Shown: positions 20,680-30,343, counted from the first letter of the stretch. The stretch: 64,000 bases of DNA from an uncultured delta proteobacterium (GCA_963808235.1 CAWEEQ010000004.1:2496001-2560000); one strand, 5' to 3'. Notes: generated by a model from the letters alone, not told the origin. Made by a program: numbers and translations.

Positions 20680-20789
20680 TGGCATTTTAGCTGTATCGAG
20701 GGGAAATGCAACCCCTGTGGATAAGTCGGGATTGCCGCCGCTTCAAGGTCCCTGTCGGCGGAGGTCTCCACAGTCTGGGAAACAACGAT

Positions 20790-21059
20790 TTAAGCGATCG
20801 CCTTTACCCTGTGAAGCTCTTCCCGCAACACGGATCGCACTTCTTTGCCAACTTCCTGAGCGAGGCTCGGACGCTGCATGTGCTCTCGAAGCGCGTCGTT
20901 GATCAGGGTCTGATAGTTACCGCGGTGCGCCTTACGGACCAGTTCGCGAAAGTGATCCACGATGTCGCTGTCCAGGCGGATGGTGATCCGAACCTTTTCA
21001 CGCGGCAAAGGAACCACGGCTCCTCGCCTGCCTTTGCTGAGATCGTATTCCCGCTTCAT
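20790..21059 (-). CDS. BrnA-family antitoxin (DUF4415)
   Basis: MKREYD..KVRITIRLD.DIVDHFR...YQTLINDALR. Confidence 0.85.
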   Translation of the reverse strand: MKREYDLSKGRRGAVVPLPREKVRITIRLDSDIVDHFRELVRKAHRGNYQTLINDALREHMQRPSLAQEVGKEVRSVLREELHRVKAIA

Positions 21060-21328
21060 ATTCGCTTGTCCTCGTATTGAGCCCGCTCGCGCGGAGTCGC
21101 ATTGCGCGCCGAGATAATGCGAATGGTGCTCCCGCGTACCGCGTACGAAACCGCCAGAATACGTCCTTGAGCGTCCATGCCGAAGGTCAAATACCGCTCT
21201 TCCGCAGGGTGCACGTCGGGCAGAGTAATCGCGCGGTCATCGTCGAAAACCACAACGGCGTCGAGGAACTCAACCCGGTGCTTGCGAAGATTCTGTTGGG
21301 CCTTTTTCGGATCCCATTCGTATTCCAC
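21056..21328 (-). CDS. BrnT-family toxin
   Basis: YEWDPKKA..NLRKH.V.F..EERY..IRIISAR.AT. Confidence 0.9.
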   Translation of the reverse strand: MEYEWDPKKAQQNLRKHRVEFLDAVVVFDDDRAITLPDVHPAEERYLTFGMDAQGRILAVSYAVRGSTIRIISARNATPRERAQYEDKRI

Positions 21329-21436
21329 CCGTCGCCCCTAATTTCTCGTGTACAGTGTACACGAAGGCGCCCGCCTCCGCGAGGCGGTGCGAAACAACGG
21401 GGATTCACATTAGATTAGGTTTCGCTCCTGACGCGG

Positions 21437-21811
21437 TCACCGATCGACGATGTATCCTCGGAACATCGCCTGGGCGTTCATTGCGGGACGGTATTCCGAA
21501 ATCGAGCGCGAGCCGCGGTGGTCATCGTTCCAGACCGCGTGTGGCGTGCCCGGCGGGATAACCATCACGCTCCCCCGCTCCAGGACGTACTCCTTTCCCG
21601 CAACTCGGCATCGCACCGCACCCTCGACGACTTCCAGCCGCTCCTCCTGATGCGTGTGAATGTGATCCCGGGGCGCAGCCGAGACGTCGCGCGCGATATA
21701 TTCGCATCGGAAGAGTTCGCCGGCGGTCTCTTCCGCTGACTTGAGGACGATAACTCGATCTTGTGTTGCGGCATGATCCGAAGCCTGAGTCGCCGAAACC
21801 TGAGTCGCCAT
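21437..21811 (-). CDS. Cupin domain protein
   Basis: HIHTHQEE..IPPGTPH; RBS AAGGAG before ATG 21811. Confidence 0.8.
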   Translation of the reverse strand: MATQVSATQASDHAATQDRVIVLKSAEETAGELFRCEYIARDVSAAPRDHIHTHQEERLEVVEGAVRCRVAGKEYVLERGSVMVIPPGTPHAVWNDDHRGSRSISEYRPAMNAQAMFRGYIVDR

Positions 21812-21875
21812 GATCTTTCTCCTTCCGTGTAAGGAGAAATCTAACATTTCGTCGCTGTTGATCCGCGCGCGATTG

Positions 21876-21946
21876 CTGACAGCGCTGTGTCAGGACAGTC
21901 GGATGGAGCGCGCGCGAGTCTCAAGTTCCTGACAGCGTCCCTTCAG
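21876..21946. promoter_or_regulatory. Two CTGACA-N6-TGTCAG-type palindromes, putative WYL regulator sites
   Basis: CTGACA-GCGCTG-TGTCAG (21876-21893) and CTGACA-GCGTCC-CTTCAG (21929-21946) between the WYL gene and the cupin gene. Confidence 0.6.
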
Positions 21947-21972
21947 GAGCCTTGCGCGGGCGTTGTCACGGG

Positions 21973-22656
21973 TCAGGACTTGCTGAGCAGATGGCGGAAC
22001 AAGTCCTCCGCCGACTTGCCGGCCTCCTGCGCGAACGGCTCGCTCAGGAACTCCACGTCGCTCATGCGGTCGACGCGGAAGAAGCGGAAATCATCGCGCA
22101 GTTCGCACCACGATGCGGCGGTCCAAAACGGAGGATAGAACCAAAGGCTCAAAGGACGTATCTTGCGGCGCGTCTCGGCGCCCTTCTCGTCGCAGTAGCG
22201 GAAACGGACTTTCTGGCAGCCGCGAATCGAGGCGCGCAATCGTCCGAGATCGAACGAGACCGGCACCCGCCGCACGTCCTTTGGCGCCCACAGCGATCGA
22301 TCGTCCAACATCCGCTGCAGATGCGCCGGCAGCACGTTCTCGATCTTCGACAACGCCAGGTCGGCTGCGCGGCCCAACTCGGCGTCGCTCCAGTTCTGCA
22401 CCATGCGAGCGCCGAAGACGAGCGCCTCGAGCTCGTTCTCGCTGAACATCAGCGGCGGCAGATCGTATCCCTTGCGCAGCGAGTAGCCGATTCCGGTGGC
22501 GCCCTCGATCGGGACCTTGCTCGCGATCAGGTCGCTGATGTCGCGGTAGATAGTGCGCTCGCTGACGTTGAACTGTTCGGCGAGCGAGCTGGCGGTGACC
22601 ACCCGGCGTCTGCGCAGCCGCTGGATGATTTCGAACAGGCGATCGGCGCGGCGCAT
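21973..22656 (-). CDS. YafY-family HTH-WYL transcriptional regulator
   Basis: MRRADRLFEIIQ, VSERTIYRDI, LPPLMF, WCELRDDFRFFRVDRM. Confidence 0.92.
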   Translation of the reverse strand: MRRADRLFEIIQRLRRRRVVTASSLAEQFNVSERTIYRDISDLIASKVPIEGATGIGYSLRKGYDLPPLMFSENELEALVFGARMVQNWSDAELGRAADLALSKIENVLPAHLQRMLDDRSLWAPKDVRRVPVSFDLGRLRASIRGCQKVRFRYCDEKGAETRRKIRPLSLWFYPPFWTAASWCELRDDFRFFRVDRMSDVEFLSEPFAQEAGKSAEDLFRHLLSKS

Positions 22657-22775
22657 GATAGTTGAGCTTCTCTCACTGTCGCAGTCGGGCGGCAACACCC
22701 CGGACTCTGTCGGACAAGGAGAGGGCATTGCAAGGAAACGATTTTGAGGACTGTTAGAGATTCGAGATTCCGAAC

Positions 22776-23099
22776 CTAAATGGAATCGACCGGATGGCCC
22801 ACTTGCTCGGAGATCGCCTCCGCGAGGCGCGCGAAAAGCCCGTGCCCATCCTTGTCATCGAGCCACACAGCTTTGCCGGCGTCCCAATTGTAGTGGTATG
22901 CGTGCGAGCCCGCGGCGAGCCACATCTGCTTCATCTGCGCTTGCCGGCTCAAGATAAACTTCGCGCCGCCGGCGAACTCAAGCGTCACGACGCCGTCGGC
23001 GGTGGTGAAGTCCACTTCGTCGGGATCGAAGTCTTCGAGCCACTTCGCGACTTTGTTGAGGCACGCGTCGGAGCGCTCGCGAAATTCGTTGTCGTCCAT
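22776..23099 (-). CDS. cyaY: Iron donor protein CyaY (frataxin family)
   Basis: DGVVTLEF..ILSRQ..KQMWLA..HY.W. Confidence 0.85.
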   Translation of the reverse strand: MDDNEFRERSDACLNKVAKWLEDFDPDEVDFTTADGVVTLEFAGGAKFILSRQAQMKQMWLAAGSHAYHYNWDAGKAVWLDDKDGHGLFARLAEAISEQVGHPVDSI

Positions 23100-23184
23100 G
23101 CGCAGATTGTATCAACCGCCAACGCGATACGGTACGCGCAGATCTGCAGTCCGCACAGATCAGCGCTCCACGTTTCTCAAACGC

Positions 23185-23671
23185 GACCGGTTCCCCTTCC
23201 CACATGGGAAGGGGTTAGGGGTTAGGTTTGCCTGCTCATGCACAAAGCCTCTTTGATGTATGCGATCACCGCTTCGCTGTCGTGCATCGCTTCGTTGGAA
23301 ATCCTGAGAACCCGGACTCCCCGCATGGAAATAGCTTTGTCGCGCGATTCATCATCTCTCCATTGCTCAACATGCGGACTGCCATCGAGCTCGACTGCTA
23401 GTTTGGCAGCGTCGCAGTAGAAATCGACGATGAATCCTTCAATCACTTGTTGACGACGAAAGTGAAAACCGTCCAGCGCATTTCGTCGGAGAGCTTTCCA
23501 GAGAATCCGCTCGGCTGTAGTCATTTCACGACGCAATCGTTTCGCGAGTGCGAGCTTGTCCGGCTGGACGTTTTGACTGCGTATGATTTTTCCGTCGGGG
23601 TTAATGGGCATCCTGCTTGGGCTGGCTAACCTAACCCCTAACCCCTTCCCATGTGGGAAGGGGAACCGGTC
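23185..23671. mobile_element. Putative 487-bp element: DUF559 gene bounded by perfect 44-bp inverted repeats
   Basis: 23185-23228 GACCGGTTCCCCTTCCCACATGGGAAGGGGTTAGGGGTTAGGTT is the exact reverse complement of 23628-23671. Confidence 0.75.
23222..23611 (-). CDS. DUF559 / Vsr-like endonuclease domain protein
   Basis: AKRLRREMT.AE.ILW..LR..GFHFRRQ..FIVDFYC..LAVELDG..H..RD..GVRVLRISN. Confidence 0.92.
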   Translation of the reverse strand: MPINPDGKIIRSQNVQPDKLALAKRLRREMTTAERILWKALRRNALDGFHFRRQQVIEGFIVDFYCDAAKLAVELDGSPHVEQWRDDESRDKAISMRGVRVLRISNEAMHDSEAVIAYIKEALCMSRQT

Positions 23672-23707
23672 AAAGATCCAATCAAGTTCCCCGTGTGAAG
23701 TTCCCCT

Positions 23708-23986
23708 TCAGCGCTGCGGGCCTTTTTTGCGCATCTCTTCGTCACGATAGCGGCGATAGAGCAGGGTCCATTCGTTGGAGCCTTCCGTGATGCCGCGTTT
23801 GATCGAATTGATCTTGCGCCGCACGATCGCGTCGATCGCGTCGCCCTCTTCGTTGAACTGCGCGACGATCTCGCGCGCCTGCCGCAGCGCGAGCGGAAAG
23901 TTGGCGATCTCGGCCAGGCCCTCTTCGCGCAGCTTGTTCAATGACTCGCGCGCGAGAAAGAGCACTCGTCCTTCGCTGAGCTTCAT
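23708..23986 (-). CDS. DUF507 family protein
   Basis: MKLSEGRV..IDAIVRRKI.S..EGSNEW.LLY; paired with the next gene. Confidence 0.75.
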   Translation of the reverse strand: MKLSEGRVLFLARESLNKLREEGLAEIANFPLALRQAREIVAQFNEEGDAIDAIVRRKINSIKRGITEGSNEWTLLYRRYRDEEMRKKGPQR

Positions 23987-24258
23987 AGGGTGAAGTCTTT
24001 CTTCTCGGCCAGGCGCTGACGGATAAGCCCGCGCAGCCGGGTAACATCAAGGCGCGGGTCGCGGCGTGCCTCCGCCTCAGCCATCTTGTCGGCTTCGTCG
24101 TCGATCTGCGCCTCGGTCTCGAAATTCGCCGACATCAATTCCACCACGCAGGCAACGAGATCCTTCACGTCGCCCTTGGGCTTGATCGCGCCGCGATCGA
24201 TGAGCCCCTGCACGAGATGAGTCGCGAGCGCGTCGATCTGTGCTTCCCGCATCGCCAT
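23983..24258 (-). CDS. DUF507 family protein (second of pair)
   Basis: E..IDDEA..IRQRLAEKKDFTL; 4-bp overlap with partner. Confidence 0.7.
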   Translation of the reverse strand: MAMREAQIDALATHLVQGLIDRGAIKPKGDVKDLVACVVELMSANFETEAQIDDEADKMAEAEARRDPRLDVTRLRGLIRQRLAEKKDFTL

Positions 24259-24310
24259 AGATTCAAGCTTGACCGGATCGCGTGCGTCTTGTCAAAAAGC
24301 AAAGGGCGCG

Positions 24311-25102
24311 TCAGTGGGGCTTTTTGGCGTTCTCTTTGTCCTGCTCTTCCTTGTAGACCTCGTCCATCTTGGGTTCGAGCGTCTCGTAGAATTCCTTGAT
24401 ATGCCCGACGTTGGCGCCGAGGTCGCCGGGGAAGTAGCGCAGCATCGAGGTCGAATCCGGCCGCGCCATGCCCGAGCGCGAGCATACGTCGATTTCTCCG
24501 GACGGCTCGATCGACACCCTCACGTCGTCTTCCCACTTGAAAATTCGCGACGTGTAGATGCAATCGATCGTGTAGCTGCCCGGATCTTTCTTGACGATTT
24601 TCCATCCGCCGAGCGAGCCCAGGGTCTGCTCGGACAGATCGAAAAGTTTCTGGCGCGAGATCCCGGGAAAGCTGCGCCGAATCAGCTCGGGGTAGATGTC
24701 CTCGAGGGGAGCGGGCGTGCCGATCGGTGGGAGCCGGCGGGTGCTATCCTGTTCTTCAGCCGCTGCTCTTCTGGCGGGATGCTTTTTTGCCGCAGGAGTT
24801 GGCGATGCCGCCGGCTGAGCCTTCGCACTCTCACCCATGTCGCAGGTCACCGAGCCCGACCCCGTCGTGCTGGCCGCCGCGGAGTTCATCGTGACGAATC
24901 GGGCCACGCGATTCGCGATGCCGGGCTTCTCGAAGATCGTCTCGTTGTTCATGATCATCGCGACTCCAGCCGCGGCGACCGCGATACCGACGAAGAAAAT
25001 CGCAAGGCGGACGAACAGCGAGATCACCCGGCGCAGAATCGGCACAAAGATCAACGCGGCGAGAACAACGAACGCGACGATGAGTGCGGGCAGCATGGCC
25101 AT
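24311..25102 (-). CDS. Membrane-anchored protein with DUF1499-like C-terminal domain
   Basis: Two N-terminal TMs; TSRIFKWEDDV, SRSG, GDLGANVGHI. Confidence 0.65.
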   Translation of the reverse strand: MAMLPALIVAFVVLAALIFVPILRRVISLFVRLAIFFVGIAVAAAGVAMIMNNETIFEKPGIANRVARFVTMNSAAASTTGSGSVTCDMGESAKAQPAASPTPAAKKHPARRAAAEEQDSTRRLPPIGTPAPLEDIYPELIRRSFPGISRQKLFDLSEQTLGSLGGWKIVKKDPGSYTIDCIYTSRIFKWEDDVRVSIEPSGEIDVCSRSGMARPDSTSMLRYFPGDLGANVGHIKEFYETLEPKMDEVYKEEQDKENAKKPH

Positions 25103-25257
25103 GTTGGGAAACCCCGACACGAATGCCTATCTGTTTGCATGGCGCGGGTGCAAGATGCCCGTCGCCGGCCGCAATGTGAATTCCTGACACGAAACCGGCG
25201 CGATCCATGGATGGACCGCGCCGGAAAATCGTCATTGGCAGTTCTTAGATCGAGGGC

Positions 25258-27126
25258 TCAGGCCGGAGCGGCGGCGAATCCTTCGCCGTCGTCGCCGCGC
25301 AAAATCGCGTCGAAGCGTTTGCCGAGATAGATGCGGCGCGCTTCGTCATCGGTGATAGCGGCGCGGCGCACGTCGCGCCGGCGTATCGGCCATATTCCAC
25401 CGACCATCGGATGCCGCCCCTGGCGGTAGCTGAAGAAATAGTAGGTGAACTGGCGCAGCACGCCCTTGCGCGACTCGGCGTCGAGTCCGCGCCCGCCGGC
25501 TACGGTGAACATGGTGTGCAGAAACCGCGGGATCGAGTAGAAGCCCTTGTACGCGTCGCGATAAGCGCCGAGCCAGCTTTCCTTGTCGAGCTTGTCGTGT
25601 TTGAGCGTCACGTGCTGCGAGTCGAGCTGGTTGAAATCCCAATCGATGATCGCGCCTTCCTTGGTGAAGCGCGCCTGATCCTCGGTGCCTGGCAGCGGAG
25701 TCATGATGAAGAATGACACGATGTCGAAGCCGATCTTTTTCAGCGTCGCCGCGGCAACTCGTCCGCAATCCGGACCGTCGAACGGGAAGCCGAGCATGTA
25801 TCCCGCATGCACCGATACGCCGACCTTGTGCCAGTTCTCGACCACGCGCCGGTACTTGTCGATCACATGAGCGCGCGCCGCTTCGAGCTTCCACTTATGC
25901 TGCCGGTCGTCGGTGTTCTGGTACTTGGTCGCAAAGTTGAGGTTGTCGGGATTGAGCGACTCGATTCCGACGAACGCCTGGTAGCATCCCGCCGCTGCGG
26001 CCAGCTCCGTGAAGCGCTTGCTGCGGCGATGCTTCGCGGTCTCGGTCTCGCCCTCGGCGATATTCGCGTAGCACGAAGCGTCAACGTCCACCTGCATCAT
26101 GAACGAGAGCTTCGGATACTCCTTCTTGACGTCGACCAGGCCGGTCAGAATTTCTTCCCATCGTGGCGAGCGGAAGAAGTCGTCGTCGACAAGGAACAGC
26201 GACTCGATACCGTGATTGCGGCACGCGTCGCGCACCCAGCTGACGACCGCGTCCGGCTCGCGCGAGCGCATCGTGCGGCCCATCACGTTCTTCACGCTGC
26301 AGTACGAGCAGGTGAAGGGGCATCCGCGCGAAGTGTCGAGCGTGGTCATCGTATCGTTGAAAAATCGGGTCAGGTAGCGGTCGTCGAGCACCGGCAGCAG
26401 CGACTCGGTGATTAGCGGAACGATGATGTCTTCCTGGCCGGTCTTGGCGCGAATTCCTTGCGTAACCGAATAGCTCTTGCGCAGCTCGCCGCGCAGGAAA
26501 TCCTCGACGATATCGCCCCAGATGTTCTCCGCCTCGCCGACGACCGTCGTGATGCCGCATTCGTTCAGGAACTTGACCGAGTCGGGAAAGCCGCTGACAT
26601 GGAATCCGCCCATCATGGTGGGCAAGCCCTCGGCGACGAACTGGAGTGCGAGGTCCCGTCCCCGCGGATACTGATTCGATTGCACGCCGGCGAGCCCGAT
26701 CAGCAGCTCGACACCGTCTTCGCGCGCCTTTTCCTTTATCGCCTTGATCGTCTCGGGGCTGACAATGCCGTCGCAGATTTCGTCCCAGATGACTGTCTCG
26801 AGGCGGACGTTTCGTTCAATTGCATAGCGCTTGTTGAACGCCTCGTTGAGCGCGGTCAGAACTGTCAACGTATTGTTTGGCTGCACGCCGTAGCGGAAAT
26901 ACTGGACGTAACCGTCCTCGTCATAGCGTGAGGGCTTGATAAAATAGATGCGGACGGTGCGGCACGGCTCCGGCTTCAGCGCCTGGTCGGCCACGACCCC
27001 CTCGCGAGCAGTCAGTTGGAGTGCCGAGGCCGGGCGGTCGCCGCCGTAGCGATTTGTCCCCAGCAGCCAGTAGAGGATACCTGCTGCGAAGACGAGAAAT
27101 GCGACAAGAAATGCAAGCAATAGCAT
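25258..27126 (-). CDS. Radical SAM protein (B12-binding-domain type) with N-terminal TM helix
   Basis: SRGCPFTCSYC, VDDDF, VGIES, TPLPGT; GGFHVS in the upstream domain. Confidence 0.85.
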   Translation of the reverse strand: MLLLAFLVAFLVFAAGILYWLLGTNRYGGDRPASALQLTAREGVVADQALKPEPCRTVRIYFIKPSRYDEDGYVQYFRYGVQPNNTLTVLTALNEAFNKRYAIERNVRLETVIWDEICDGIVSPETIKAIKEKAREDGVELLIGLAGVQSNQYPRGRDLALQFVAEGLPTMMGGFHVSGFPDSVKFLNECGITTVVGEAENIWGDIVEDFLRGELRKSYSVTQGIRAKTGQEDIIVPLITESLLPVLDDRYLTRFFNDTMTTLDTSRGCPFTCSYCSVKNVMGRTMRSREPDAVVSWVRDACRNHGIESLFLVDDDFFRSPRWEEILTGLVDVKKEYPKLSFMMQVDVDASCYANIAEGETETAKHRRSKRFTELAAAAGCYQAFVGIESLNPDNLNFATKYQNTDDRQHKWKLEAARAHVIDKYRRVVENWHKVGVSVHAGYMLGFPFDGPDCGRVAAATLKKIGFDIVSFFIMTPLPGTEDQARFTKEGAIIDWDFNQLDSQHVTLKHDKLDKESWLGAYRDAYKGFYSIPRFLHTMFTVAGGRGLDAESRKGVLRQFTYYFFSYRQGRHPMVGGIWPIRRRDVRRAAITDDEARRIYLGKRFDAILRGDDGEGFAAAPA

Positions 27127-27294
27127 CAGTAATTCCTCTTCTTAACCATCATAACGAATTAGGGGGCGGCTACGGAATCTAACCGCTCGGTCAGACTAAA
27201 CAAGTCTCGACGGGCAAAGTCAACAGGTTCAGTCAACCACGTTAATAGTCGCAGCGTCGAGAGATTAGCTGGCCAAATCCTAGGTTTCCGGTCC

Positions 27295-29673
27295 CTAACG
27301 ATACATTTCGACCAGATTTATCAGGCCAAGGTCGCGGTACCGCTCGACCAGGTAACCCTTGACCTCCTGCACGCTGGCCATTTGGAGGGTCTCACGGGCG
27401 ATCAGCCGTGCGGTCTGATAGTCGACCTCGCGGATGACTTTCCGGACCACGGGGATGAACAGGGGGCTCAAGCTTAGTTCGTCGAGGCCCATCCCGACCA
27501 GCAGCAATGTCGCGAGCGGATCGCTCGCCATCTCGCCGCAGATGCATACTTCCTTGTCGGCCGCGCGCGCGACGTTGACGACCTCTGCTATCGCCGAGAT
27601 GACCGCCGGATGGAGCGCCTCGTACAGATGCGCGACCTTGGGGTTGTTACGATCAGCCGCCAGCAGGTACTGGATCAAATCGTTGGTGCCGACCGAGAAG
27701 AAATCGACCTCGCGCGCGAGCCGCGGCGCGAGCCACACGGCCGACGGCACCTCGACCATTATTCCCACTTCGATATTGGGATTGTGCTCGAGGCCTTCCT
27801 TGAACAATTCCGCCTGCGACTCGGCGAGCAACTCCTTGGCGCGGCGCAATTCCTCGAGGCTGGAGATCATGGGGAACATGATCCGAACGTTGTGCCGCGC
27901 GGCGGCGCGCAAGATCGCGCGAAGCTGAACCTTGAACAACCCCGACATCTCGAGCGAGATCCGTATCGAGCGCCAGCCCAGGAACGGATTCTCCTCGCGC
28001 GGCACCCGCATGTACGGTGGATACTTGTCGGCGCCGATATCGAGCGTGCGAATCGTGACCGGCCGTTTTCCGAGCGTCTCGAGCATCTGAGTATAAAGCG
28101 CCAACTGCTGATTCTCGTCGGGAAAGTCTTCGTACGTGAGAAACGAAAATTCCGAGCGCAGCAGCCCGATTCCTTCCGCGCCGTAGCGCAGCGCCAGATG
28201 GATATCGGGCAGCAGCGCGATATTCGCGAGCATCATGACGCGATGCCCGTCGCGGGTGGCGGTGGGCGCGACGCCCTCTTCCATCAGCTCTTTCTTGAAC
28301 GCCTCGTAACGTTTCGAGAGACTCACGTAGTCACGCTCGATCTCGCTGCCGGGGTTGACGTAAACGACGCCGGAGTTGCCGTCGAGCACGAGCTGGTCGC
28401 CTTCGACGACCGATTCCATCAGATGCTCGACGCCGACGACGGTCGGAATTTCAAATGCGCGCGCCAGGATCGCCGCGTGCGAAGTCACCCCGCCCGATTG
28501 CAGGGCGATGCCCGCGAGCTTCTCGTGCGAGACCAGCGTCAACTGCGAGAGCGTGAGCTCTTCGGCGACGATAATCGTGGGCTTGCTGAAAGCGCCCTTC
28601 TTGTCCTCCTGCCGAAGGTGACGCAGCACGCGATGGCCCACGTCGCGAAAGTCGGTCGCCCGCTCGCGCAGGTAATTTGTTTCCGCCGCCGCCAGCATCG
28701 AGGCGCTCATCTCCTCGATCACCCGAAACAGCGCGCTCTCGGCGGTGTAGCCGTCGCGGATCACCTCGCGGACACGGTCGACGAATTCCTCGTCTTCGAG
28801 GATCATGCGATGGCCGTCGAAGATCTGGAGGTCCGACTCGGGCATCAGCGGTTCCATCCTGGTCCGCAGCGTCGCAAGCTCGGTGAGCGAGCGGGCGAGC
28901 GCGTCCTCGAAGCGCTTGCCCTCGGCTTTTGGATCGCGGGACTTCTGATGGCGGTTGATGCTGCTCAGAAAAGTTCCGACCACGTGGGCGAGGCCCTGCG
29001 CGAATCCGGGCGAAGCGGAAAGTCCGGCCAGCCGCGGGCGGCGGATTTTCATCGCCGGTGCGTGACGGGTCTTGCCGCCGACCTTTTCGTAGTCCTTTAG
29101 CTGGCGGTTGGCCTCGATCATTCGCCGGCGGTATTCGAGCCGCTCCTTTTCCTTGGTGGCCAGCGACTCGCGTAATCGAAAGTGGGAAAGAATCTGCGCG
29201 ACCTGGTTGGCGGCGGTGTTGAGCAGGCGAATCTCGCTCTTGTTGAATTTGCGCCGCTCCAGGGTTTGCGTGACCAGCACTCCGAGCGGCTTCTTGTGCC
29301 CGTCGAGAACCGGCACGCCGAGAAAAGTGTGATAACGCTCCTCACCGGTCTCGGGAAAATATTTGTAGCGCGGATGGCTGATCGCGTCGGCAACATAAAC
29401 CGGCTCGTCCTTCTCGATCACGAGCCCGACCAGCCCCTCGTTGACGCGCATCGAGACCTTACCGACCGATTCGCGATCGAGGCCGATCGTCGCGCGCAGC
29501 ACTGCCCGCTCGCGCTGCGGATCGAAGAGATACAGCGAGCAGACCTCAGCCTCCATGCCGCCGGCGATCGCCGAGACGACCTGGTCGAGAGTGTCGCGCA
29601 AGTCGTCGGAATGCTCTCCGCCAATGGCGGAAAGATGTTCGATCAGCGCGAGGCGATCCTTATTGGCACTCAT
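27295..29673 (-). CDS. ptsP: PEP-protein phosphotransferase with N-terminal GAF domain (EI-Ntr)
   Basis: GAF (HPRYKYFPETGEE), TSHAAILAR phospho-His, RTLDIG.DK, VGTNDLIQY, CGEMA. Confidence 0.95.
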   Translation of the reverse strand: MSANKDRLALIEHLSAIGGEHSDDLRDTLDQVVSAIAGGMEAEVCSLYLFDPQRERAVLRATIGLDRESVGKVSMRVNEGLVGLVIEKDEPVYVADAISHPRYKYFPETGEERYHTFLGVPVLDGHKKPLGVLVTQTLERRKFNKSEIRLLNTAANQVAQILSHFRLRESLATKEKERLEYRRRMIEANRQLKDYEKVGGKTRHAPAMKIRRPRLAGLSASPGFAQGLAHVVGTFLSSINRHQKSRDPKAEGKRFEDALARSLTELATLRTRMEPLMPESDLQIFDGHRMILEDEEFVDRVREVIRDGYTAESALFRVIEEMSASMLAAAETNYLRERATDFRDVGHRVLRHLRQEDKKGAFSKPTIIVAEELTLSQLTLVSHEKLAGIALQSGGVTSHAAILARAFEIPTVVGVEHLMESVVEGDQLVLDGNSGVVYVNPGSEIERDYVSLSKRYEAFKKELMEEGVAPTATRDGHRVMMLANIALLPDIHLALRYGAEGIGLLRSEFSFLTYEDFPDENQQLALYTQMLETLGKRPVTIRTLDIGADKYPPYMRVPREENPFLGWRSIRISLEMSGLFKVQLRAILRAAARHNVRIMFPMISSLEELRRAKELLAESQAELFKEGLEHNPNIEVGIMVEVPSAVWLAPRLAREVDFFSVGTNDLIQYLLAADRNNPKVAHLYEALHPAVISAIAEVVNVARAADKEVCICGEMASDPLATLLLVGMGLDELSLSPLFIPVVRKVIREVDYQTARLIARETLQMASVQEVKGYLVERYRDLGLINLVEMYR

Positions 29674-29820
29674 TTCGAAGGTCTCAGCGAAGGCGCAAAA
29701 ATTTTATCCCAGCCATCGCGTCGCGAACAATGGCGCGGCGCAATTCGGTAGCGGGTCAGTTTGAAGGACGCTCGGATCGACGACTATCGTAAATCAGCAA
29801 AAAGCGGGTGGAGATGCAGC

Positions 29821-30312
29821 ATGAACGAAATGACGTTCCGTGCACCACGCGACGACGACTGGGCGGCTATTCTGAACCTCGCGGAACTGTCGCTTGGTGA
29901 ATTGCCGAATGCGCCCAGTCAAATTGAGTGGCTGAACAATCGGAGATCGTTCTCGCCGTCAGATGGAATCCAACGACATTTTGTGGCCACCTCCGGCGAG
30001 CGCATCGTCGGGTACGCTTGCGTTGAGCACCCCATCAAAGTCGCTGACGGCGAGTACAGACTGTGGGTGGTCATGGAACCGTCCGCACGCACGACGCTCG
30101 GGACCAAGCTGCTCGCAAGACTTCGGGATTGCCTGCTCAGCGTCGGAGCGCATCGCGCGAAGATGGTGGAGTACGAAGCCGACGTCCGCTTCATTTCCTA
30201 CCTGGAAGAGATGGGATTCGTAAGGCTGAACACGCTCAATTTGGATGACGGAATTCGCGCCGTCGAATTAGGCATGGACGCCCCATTCCAATCGTTGGCT
30301 AAGCCGGCCTGA
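29821..30312 (+). CDS. GNAT-like acetyltransferase
   Basis: FVAT.GERIVGYA..ARTTLGTKLL..EMGF. Confidence 0.6.
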   Translation: MNEMTFRAPRDDDWAAILNLAELSLGELPNAPSQIEWLNNRRSFSPSDGIQRHFVATSGERIVGYACVEHPIKVADGEYRLWVVMEPSARTTLGTKLLARLRDCLLSVGAHRAKMVEYEADVRFISYLEEMGFVRLNTLNLDDGIRAVELGMDAPFQSLAKPA

Positions 30313-30343
30313 TCTTCCAAAAACAAATGGCGCAAAGCGGACT

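Noticed and set aside
23206-23226. Telomere-like TTAGGG / G-quadruplex function of repeat B
   Set aside because: Only two TTAGG units, and the G-runs are sequestered in the competing hairpin; no independent support.
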